From Mizuhopecten yessoensis (lineage: Eukaryota): DNA of 64,000 nucleotides. The notes under the pieces were generated by a model. The model searched no databases. It was not told the DNA's origin and was given only the letters and a program-made list of their open reading frames with translations. Numbering within the stretch: the first letter of the stretch is position 1; every line of letters starts with the position of its first letter. The stretch covers positions 493,158-557,157 of the forward strand of contig NW_018407846.1 in the NCBI RefSeq assembly GCF_002113885.1. The letters are read 5' to 3'. A program made the position numbers and the translations under genes. Positions 38,187 to 48,676 of this stretch are shown piece after piece.

Positions 38187-38344
38187 CTGAAACATAAATA
38201 GCACTGACTGTCAGTTATTCTGAAGTTGTTAACACAGTTTTAACACATTTGACCCCTGTGACCTTGAAAGTAGGTCCAGGTCAATCATTCCAGTAGGCTA
38301 CTTAAAAGCTTGTCCAATATCATGACCCTGGGCCTCTTGAAGTA

Positions 38345-38792
38345 TATAAACGAAATTCTGACCCTCTTATATACACGAAACCCTGAACCTGTTATATAAA
38401 CGAAACTCTGAATCTCTTATTTACACGAAACTCTGAACCTCTTATATACACGAAACTCTGAACCTCTAGCATACACGAAACTCTGAACCTGTTATATAAA
38501 CGAAACTCTGACCCTCTTATATACACGAAACCCTGAACCTGTTATATAAACGAAACTCTGAATATCTTATTTACGCGAAACTCTGAACCTTTTATATGCA
38601 CGATACTCTGAACCCCTTACATGTATATACACGAAACTCTGAACATCTTATATACACGAAACTCTAAACCTCTTATATACACGAAACTCTGAACCTCTTA
38701 CATACACGAAACCCTGAAGCTCTTACATACTCGAAAAATCTGAACCTCTTATATACACAAGACCCCGAACCTGTTAATTACACGAAACTCTG
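38345..38792. repeat. 25-bp satellite, variant B
   Basis: Same unit as 1240-1935. Confidence 0.95.
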
Positions 38793-40918
38793 ACTAGGTT
38801 GTTCGGATCATGACTAGTCAGCTTACCGTACTGTCTAAATAATATTACAACTGTTAAACAAGGGACTGTTTAACAATAAAGGGCATTCATACACAAAATA
38901 CTTTTTTCTTTATATTACATTTAAAAGTTTTTTTGTTTTATTTTTGACTTATGAGAACGTAACGAGAAATAAGTTCATGTCTCTTCGTAACTAAAGAAGA
39001 CGACTGGATTCTCTTTTCCGTTTAAATACCGGTAACACAATAATCACCCATAATTATATTGCTAATAACAACATTCTACCCAACGAGGTGTAAAGAGTCT
39101 TAAAACCCCTTTGGCAACGGTGCAAAGCAACTTTGATGTGTTCTTTTTGACAGTAGAAACCCGATTCGGGTTTTACTTTCATAGGCCAATTTTCCTTTCT
39201 CATATAATTTGCAAATAAGTATTCATTCTGAAAATAATTATAAAAAAACCGAACCATGGCGGTTCATTTTCATACCATTGCGTGTGTATAACAGCATGAA
39301 CATAAAGTAAGTTAACAAACACCATTGAATTCCAAAGAGTAGCCCAGAGTTCTGTATCATGTCTGTGCTATTTCAATATGCATTCTTAAATAAAAATCTC
39401 GCTATATATCCTTCATGTACATAAGAACGTGGATTACTGTTTCGGATTTACAGTATGTGAGGAACATTAAAGGCGAGTTCGTAACAGACACAAGTTGGTG
39501 TGTGTTAAAAGCCAAGTAATGTTTACATTTCTCCCTATGAACGTTGCATTCAATTTTCTCGTCGTTTTTTATGTGTTGGAGTAATGATGTGTTATCGTGC
39601 TGTATTATCTCTGATCAAAAACGGCTCTCTACTGACAGTGTACGTACAAGTATAGCCGATCTTTGACGTGTATAATGACTGGTTCTTTGTTGACTCGCAT
39701 TAATGCAGCTATACGAAAAAGATTGAGCAAGTACAATTTGTGAAAACGTATTTCTTTTACACGTTGGTTCTGACTTGAGAATACTTCTTTAGGAACTTTG
39801 CAAAGTCTTGTGGATACGAACATGTATAATGGCTCTCACATTCATTCTTGACCACAAAACATCAATCTTAGACTGAATATCCCTCGTCTGGCTGCATTGT
39901 TTATCAACAAAACCCGGTTTTATGTAAGGTAAGCCATATCTATTTATTTATTTACTGTAGTGGCCTTCAGTTCTATGTCGAATTTATTATTTTGCATATC
40001 ATATTTATGTTATAGATAGGTTTGTAGCTCTATGTTTTGTGTAGTCACTTAATGCTTTGATGTGTTCAGATGTTATCACTTTCTTTGACTATACAGTGAA
40101 GTGTAATCAACAGTGCTTCCAGGACGAATGTCTAAGTATGTAGTTTATATTTAAACGTTCTGATACGTTTGAGGCATAATTGTATAGAATATTACATTTT
40201 GACATCACTATGCAAATTAAGAGTATTCGTTTTATTTTGGGCTATTTTATTGATGACTCAAATGTATATGATATTATAGACAGATTACTACAACTCTTGT
40301 CGGCAAATTTTTGTCGTCCTTGTACAAAAATGTATTAATATTTAACGGCTTTAGATTTACGTTAAAGGAACAATAAAATAAGTTGTATATTAATTATTTT
40401 GTTTGTGACCTCATGTTTAAAAGCCCACCATTTTCCTTTTTGGTATATTTTTTTTACCGAGAGAACAATCGGACATATAATTACATAATTGTTTGTCCAA
40501 AACTCAAGCTGTGCATAGTTAAATAATATGATTATAAAGATAGAAATGTGTGAAAATGTGCTTTCCGTGTGAAAGCGACAATGACTGGGTCCTTTTCGTT
40601 TAAAAAATGTTAATAAACTGTTCTGTTGTCACTAGTTTCTCTTATACGCTGATGTTCGTCAATGGAAACTCGATGGTCTAAATGTCCAATAACTACACGA
40701 ACCATCATCTTTATGTTTATTAGTGTAAAGTTTGAAAATAATTCTCACAAACTTCTTTCATACACGTGAAGATATTATCCTATCATTTACAGTTTTTAAT
40801 GACATTATTTTGTAAATGTACGTATTGCTGCTGTATCAGAATGAAGCTTACATACAGTTAATGGATTCAGTATAGGATTTATACTGCCGACACGTGGTTT
40901 AGGTGATATTAGGTCTAT

Positions 40919-41233
40919 TTCTACATTTCATCATATTTTATTGAGTAAACAATAGGATTGAACAGCAGGCTAGGCCTATATAAGTTCTCTCCTTAGGTTG
41001 ACATGACAAAGACAAAGATGAATGAAATGGTTTGTAAGAAAATATTGATGCAAATCATATATAATAAGTAGCATAGACATATATATATATATAGCAGATG
41101 GTATAGGGGAGATAATTCCATGTATGTTTCAATTACATATAAATATTTAATTGATATTTTTAGCTATACAATGCTCATATTGTTGTTTTGCAAGTCATTA
41201 GTGCCCCCTGTGCATACCCTGCTGCTGTTGCAT
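40919..41233 (-). mobile_element. 315-bp segment present in copy 2 only, probably the 3' end of a non-LTR element
   Basis: Absent at ~4068 in copy 1; minus strand ends ...CAATCCTATTGTTTACTCAATAAAATATGATGAAAT. Confidence 0.5.
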
Positions 41234-41715
41234 GCCATAGCGAGTGCTATTCGCGACGTCAAATTAACACTATGTGTGTAGTATTCTGACATACCTTCAG
41301 GTATTATTATTATGTGTTTAATGTCCGTAAAATGTGCAAGTTTCTCTAAAAATTAAAATTGTTTGGAGCACAACCCGATATCGTGCATAAATTTATGACG
41401 TCACGTCACCATAGCATCAGATGTCAAAATATTTGGAAATCGTTCTTATTTCAATTCATTGATTTGATTCAGATAAAAAATACGATTTTAATCCAAAACG
41501 AGATGCGGTCGATCTATGTATAACACTTTACAATGTTCAGCATAATATTGGCTAAAATGAATGCATTGTATGTAATAAATACAAGTATATAAGAGAGTGT
41601 ATTTGAGCGGCATTTGGAGATATAACAATAAAAAGTAAAAGCTTATAGCGACAGAAAATAAACATGTCCTGAATTATATTTTGTTTTAGCGTTGTGACGT
41701 CATAAAAAAATCGCA

Positions 41716-43461
41716 ATGACCCAACGTCATTCGTGTTGCGCGAGAGTCGCCCTTGGTTTCGTGGTGGTCGTTGTTCTCCTCCAGTGCGTCGCTGTTGTCA
41801 CGCCGTTCTGGGTTTATGTGTTTGAAGGGTCCTATCAGGACTACTATGGACTGTGGCAGACATGCTATGAGGGCTCAACAGATGATCAATATATCTGCAT
41901 GGATGTCTTCAAGGACAGCCGATATAACGCTAGTAAGTTGAGGGACGATCTAAAGAAATATATGATAATACAACAAATAAACGCGTATTATTATTTACGG
42001 GCTTTAATATAAGAAAGAAACACCTGCATTCTTCATGATATAACAGGTGAAAATATGGAAGCATGTTTACAATTGGTAAAATACAGATATTTTTCACGAA
42101 TACCAAACAGGAGTGAACATATCAGTATATAATACCTTGCAAGTGAAATGTTTATGGTATTCAACAGGAACGCATTACCACATTTCTCTACAACGATGAA
42201 AATGTTACTGTATCAAAATGATGGGGAATATGATAGCGGAAACGTTGGCGCAATGTTTAACTGATGTCACGCTTGGAAACATTTTGGCTACTGAACAAAA
42301 TTCTACTTTTTTCATTTTATTTGGTAAGATTTGCTTTCATACATGAATATTGTAACAGCTGTTTTTGAAAGATTTGGTGCCTTAGTCTGTGTAGCCTAGA
42401 TGTTTGAATGAGGTGACTAATAAGTGTCCTTCTGATTGGTTAATTCCAAATGTCCTATTATCTTGCGAAAATTCGATGTCTCCCCAGATTAAAATTCAAT
42501 AAAATGAATAACATATGCGATGAATTGCACAGTAATAGTTCCAATTTATTCATTGACAGTGTGGTTCTACCTGGTACAGGCTTTTGCCTCTTCTGGTTAG
42601 GTTGCGGCACTAGTAACAATGGCGGTAACTATTAACCAACACTGTGGCAATCGCATCGACGTATGCGTGACTGGCCTTCTCTCAGTAATGAGTTACATCA
42701 CATGTAAGTGATATATTAAAGTCATTCTTGACCACATTTTCAGCATGAACTGATAATACTTAATTTGTTAGCAATCAATTTAACTATGTGATATAATGCA
42801 TCGTGTTCCCACATTCATCATTTTCTAAATTGTGTGATAGGTAACGTCGGGTGGTCAGGTGGCGCAGTGGATAGTGCACTTGCATTTCACACAGGCCCGG
42901 CCACGTGGGGTTTATCAGCCATTAAGACCCCTCCCGCGCAAACACCCAAACAAGCGTGATTAACGTGATTAATATAAGTTGAAATAGCTTGTTTCATTAT
43001 TGTTTTAAAATAAGTAAAGTTAATATATAACGTCAAATGAACAAATGGATTATAGTTGCTCATTCAGACTACGGTCCTTATTGTTTTTAAGGCTTAAGTT
43101 GCAAATGATAGAGGTTCGATAAATCGTTGATAAAATATATTTTCCAGGCGCCATTGTGCTAACAAGTCTCGTCTTCTTCATCCGAAACGTGAATGGAATC
43201 GGTACGATTTCCGGTCTGACAATGACCTACGTGCCGTACATGTCCGCTTCCGTGTATGTTTCAGGTGGAGCCGTGATATTTAGCATGCTAGCAGGATCCG
43301 TATTCGACATTGTCTCCTACAGTGGCAACAAAGGCACGGAATTTGAAGAACCGGAGGACGGGATAAGACAAGATAACGCGGAAGTACAAGAGAAGGACAG
43401 GCGGATGTTAAATAGGCGGTTCAGGTCTAATAAAATAATTGACAACAAATACTATTTTTAA
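41716..43461 (+). pseudogene. Claudin/PMP22-family gene, copy 2 (exons 41716-41932, 42560-42703, 43148-43461) with premature TAG
   Basis: In-frame TAG at 42598-42600 where copy 1 has TTA; also V->D in TM4 (FVIV vs FDIV). Confidence 0.82.
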
Positions 43462-43754
43462 GATGTCAAAAAAAAACCCACTAGAAGTTAGTCAAAGTTA
43501 TTTAATGTGACAAAGACAATGGGGTTATATTTGTACAGAAATATGTACAGGCGAGTGTGTTATGGAGATGTCATGTCACATATAGGATACATACCTGTAC
43601 TTCAGAACAACGATCATAAGGGAGGTGTCTTTCGCAGACTTAATGTAACCAGAGATGGTGATTTCTTTATTTCTCTGACAGAAAATGAATATATTTAATT
43701 GGAGTTATATTACCGAACAGTACAGCTATCTATCAACATGTGTTTCTAGTAAAA

Positions 43755-45695
43755 TATACATTGAACTATGTAAGATGGTTATATGTCTTGTGACAATTTA
43801 TATTGAACTATGTAGATTGTTGTATTTCTTGTGATAATTTACATTGAACTGTGTAGATGGTGATATGTCTTGTGACAATTTACATTGAACTGTGTAGATG
43901 GTTATATGTCTTGTGACAATTTACATTGTACTGTGTAAGCGGTGATATGTCTTGTGACAATGTACATTGAAATGTGTGGATGGTGATATGTCTTGTGACA
44001 ATTTACATTGAACTGTGTATATTGATACATGTCTTGTGACAATTTACATTGAACTGTGTAGATGGTGATATGTCATTTGACAATTTACATTGAACTGTGT
44101 ATATTGTTATATGTCTTGTGACAATTTACATTGAACTGTGTAGAATATTGTATTTCTTGTGACAATTTACACTGAACTGTGTAGATGGTTATATGTCTTG
44201 TGACAATTTACATTGAACTATGTAGATGGTGATATGTCTTGTGACAATTTACATTGAACTATGTATATTGTTGTATTTCTTGTGACAATTTACATTGAAC
44301 TGTGTAGATGGTGATATGACTTTTGACAATTTACATTGAACTGTGTAGATGGTTATATGTCTTGTGACAATGTACATTGAACTGTGTAGATGGTGATATG
44401 ACTTTTGACAATTTACATTGAACTGTGTAGATGGTTATATGTCTTGTGACAATTTACATTGAACTGTGTATATTGTTATATGTCTTGTGACAATTTACAT
44501 TGAACTGTGTATGTTGTTATATGTCTAGTGACAATGTACATTGAACTGTGTAGATGGTGATATGTCTTGTGACAATTTACATTGAACTGTGTATATTGTT
44601 GTATTGCTAGTGACAATTTACATTGAACTGTGTATATTGTTATATGTCTAGTGACAATGTACATTGAACTGTGTAGATGGTGATATGTCTTTTGACAATT
44701 TACATTGAACTGTGTAGACGGTTATATGTCTTGTGACAATTTACATTGAACTGTGGATATTGTTGTATTGCTTGTGACAATTTACATTGAACTGTGTATA
44801 TTGTTATATGTCTTGTGACAATTTACATTGAACTGTGTATATTGTTGTATTGCTTGTGACAATTTACATTGAACTGTGTATATTGTTATATGTCTTGTGA
44901 CGATTTACATTGAACTGTGTAGACGGTTATATGTCTTGTGACAATTTACATTGAACTGTGAAGATGGTGATATGTCTTTTGACAATTTACATTGAACTGT
45001 GTAGACGGTTATATGTCTTGTGACAATTTACATTGAACTGTGTAGACCGTTATATGTCTTGTGACAATTTACATTGAACTGTGAAGATGGTGATATGTCT
45101 TTTGACAATTTACATTGAACTGTGTAGACGGTTATATGTCTTGTGACAATTTACATTGAACTGTGTAGATTATTGTATTTCTTGTGACAATTTACATTGA
45201 ACTGTGTAAATTATTGTATTTCTTGTGACAATTTACATTGAACAGTGTATATTGTTTTATGTCTTGTGACAATTTACATTGAATTATGTAGATTGTTGTA
45301 TTTCTTGTGACAATTTACATTGAACTGTGTAGATGGTGATATGTCTTGTGATACATTACATTGAACTGTGTAGATGGTGATATGTCTTGTGACAATTTAC
45401 ATTGAACTGGGAAGATGGTGATTTGTCTTGTGACAATTTACATTGAACTGTGTAGATGGTGATATGCCTTGTGATACTTTACATTGAACTGTGTAGATGG
45501 TTATATGTACAATGAACAGCGTTGATTGTTTTATTGTCTTGTGAGAATTTACAGTGAACTGCGTATATTGTTGTAGTTCTTGTGAGAATTTACAATGAAC
45601 AGCGTTGATTGTTTTATGTATTGTGAGAATTTACATTGAACAGCATAGATTGTTTTATGTCTTGTGAGAATTTACATTGAACTGCGTAGATGCCT
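43755..45695. repeat. 41-bp minisatellite, ~47 units
   Basis: Same unit as 6540-7265. Confidence 0.95.
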
Positions 45696-47653
45696 GATGT
45701 AACCAGAAAGGTTTTACTGTAAACAGTATGGATTGCTATTTCAATGAGAGACCAGGAAGAATTTACACTTAACAAATTTTTAAGGAAAGGAATTAAATTT
45801 GAAAAGTAAAACTTGCTATACATAGACCTTTTCGAAAGGCTTTACAGTGATAAGTGTCGATTCCTTTCTCAATTAGAGTACAGGCAGAACTTCTACTGAA
45901 CGTTATTTATGTTATATGTCCCTGTCTGCTAAAGTAAGAATTCATCTTAGTTACGTTAGTAACGTAGTATCCCCGCCGTGTTAAATACTTTTTAAACTAA
46001 ATTATCACCAATATCGAAAAATCAAAAATCAGTCCAAACTTCATGAAATATCATGCTTGATATGGTACTAACGATAACATTGCAGTAGGTATTGACTGAG
46101 TGTGTGGTAGTGGTAGGCTTACAATCAAATGGTCGCCTCTTGACATGTTAGACAAATTACCTTGTTGTTTTCCACCGTTAATTATTTACGCACCTTTGTA
46201 AAGCTGTCAATCAGTACCGTAATAGGTACTGTACTAGTAAATGTGCTTTTAAAAAAACACTCATGTTACCCTTTTTTCCAACAGTCCTGTTATTTGTCAT
46301 TTATATGCACATATAAGATGTAGTTCAACAATAGAATTCCTTTGTAAATTGTCACAATACGGCATCAAATAAATTAGATTCAGCTCATTCGTTACATGTT
46401 TCTAAGTGATATATTGGATTTATCAACTTTATATAACTGATATATTTAATACTGTGATACATAAAATGTGACATTTAGTCACAGTGTCAAGATTGAACTT
46501 TTGACGTTAATCCATTCAAACAGTTCTATTTATCCAATGTAAGTTGATACATTTTCGACCAACTAAAAAACCTAATAACACCAGGGAAAATTAGAAATTT
46601 AATTCATTCATCCAAATTAGACTCGATAAGAAGACCGATTGATAAATATCTATTGTAGTCCAAATATATGTAACTCAAAATATTGTCTTATTTCTCATTT
46701 TCCCGGTTGTAGTAATTTTCAGTGAACTATATGACACACTTGTATACCTGCTACACTGTATATGTATCACAGATTTTGCTGTCACGATTGTAGAATCAAT
46801 GATCATGGAAATACAATGTAGTACGATTTGCAGAGTTGTCTCCCTTCAAACATGTACCTATCAATCGCGTTTCAGACTTGGCCACGATTTTTTTTTAAAG
46901 GAAAACGCTACTGTTAAGGGAGAGAGATATATAACTGGTTTAACTTAATCACGAATTGATAGCACTGGTTAAAGACAACTGGCTCGTACACCATAGCATG
47001 GATTTTTCCGTGGTACAGTTGATACCTGGATATACATTGTACCCGTCCACACGCACTGGAACTTTTTATCGCACACATAACGCCGCGAAACAAAGTACGA
47101 GTACTAATACTTATTACACAATAATAGGAGGAAATTCAGAGATAAAGTACATGATTTGTTTTATTGATTCTTATTATCGATAAAAAAAAAGATTGTTTGA
47201 GGATGATATTTGTGTGGGTATCAAATATATTTTGAATAACAATAAGTGTTTTGGTGTACATAATTTACTAGCTAATTATGAATTGTTTTCACTCACTTAG
47301 TCATGTAGCCTCAAGAAAACACCAGACAGTCTAGATCTTGGTTACCACAAACACACTTTGACGGCTTATCTTGGAGCTCCACGTGGACAACCACAAGTGG
47401 CCATACACAAGAGGCCAACATGGTATTACGTACATTATCCCTGCCTGTGTTAACGCGTGCATGTAAGTCTTGGCTGATCATTGGCTCGTGAGTCTGTCTG
47501 TTACAGCAGCCACGGGAAAACGAAACTTTTCCTTAGTTATACAATGTACCTATTCATTGTAATGTGGTAACTGGGTTTGTTAAGTGTGAGAGAAAACAAC
47601 ATCGCTAAACTCACAGAGACCTGAGAATATCTTACAATTATAGTTGGACCTAA

Positions 47654-48022
47654 ACTAAGGTGTGTTCAGAGTAATTAAACAAGTTTTAGGGGTTTAGATC
47701 GACTTCCGGTAAAAATGCCACCCCAATGATGATAATATACGAGAAAAGAGGAAAGCTCTCAATGTCGAAAACTCGACCCCATCTAACTATCTTGCACCAC
47801 ATTTGTATACGTAATTGATGCACAAAAAAATGCTTAGTATCGTTGGAAAGATGGACACGTTTTCTTTTAAAAACATCCTATATGCACGTAAAATGTAATC
47901 TCCTTCCGCAGACATGATCTCTGGTTTTTTCAAAAACACACTCCATCTCTTAGTTTCAAAGCTTTTCGCAGTCAAATTACATCATTGGGGATGGCATTTT
48001 TACCGAAAGTTGAATACCTTAG
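47654..48022. mobile_element. MITE-like element with ~30-bp inverted repeats
   Basis: ACTTCCGGTAAAAATGCCACCCCAATGATG (~47702-47731) is inverted at ~47980-48010. The left arm is missing in copy 1 (~9790). Confidence 0.55.
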
Positions 48023-48676
48023 TGAAGGTCCAAATAGAGACGGAATGTAGCTGTAACAAATGTTCAGGTCCCTGTGGCTAAACTATTTGCACAAATAACA
48101 AAACAAAATTATACCTACTTCAGAGGTATTGTTAATCACACCATTGGATTAATAAACTTTATTTTATGTTAATTATCATAGTTTTGTTTAATATTACATT
48201 ACAATTCTATTTTTTTGTCATTTTAAAAACAATGTTTGGCATCCGTCTCCAGAAAACAATCAAATTCTGAAAATGCGACTTGTTTGCTCCGTACTGTTCT
48301 TCTCTGGTATAGTTAAGGTCTGTTGAATATTATATTTTTTAATAAGAGGTGCTGGTGATAATGTGTTGCAAAATGTAATTAACTTCAGACCATATTACTT
48401 ATTGCAAATGGTGCTCTGCTGCAGGGTGCAGAAGGATGTGGTGTTTGTACTACTCGGCCACCACTTACTTGGGGTTCATATGGGAAATTCTGACAACAAT
48501 TCAAAATCACTTTAAAAAAAAAATCGATCTAAGGATTGATAAAGTAAAAAAAAATATGATAAAATATCTTAAATAGTAATAGGTTAAAAGGTCAGGGAAA
48601 CTTTTGTTTTAAAATTAAGAGTGCAAGTGTAACGTAGAGCTAATATATTACGAAATGTGCGAGTCGATATAAAAAT

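Larger units (their letters stand above)
24681..38342 (+). mobile_element. IS3EU-like DNA transposon (left end, DDE transposase, convergent HECT cargo); right part truncated
   Basis: TATGGAACGCCATA terminus, subterminal 21-bp array, IS3-like transposase, HECT exons on the minus strand. No right TIR seen before the duplication junction. Confidence 0.65.

Noticed and set aside
45880-45925. 46-bp copy-2-only segment with ACAGG...CCTGT ends
   Set aside because: Inverted ends are only 5 bp with no clear TSD; insufficient to call an element.
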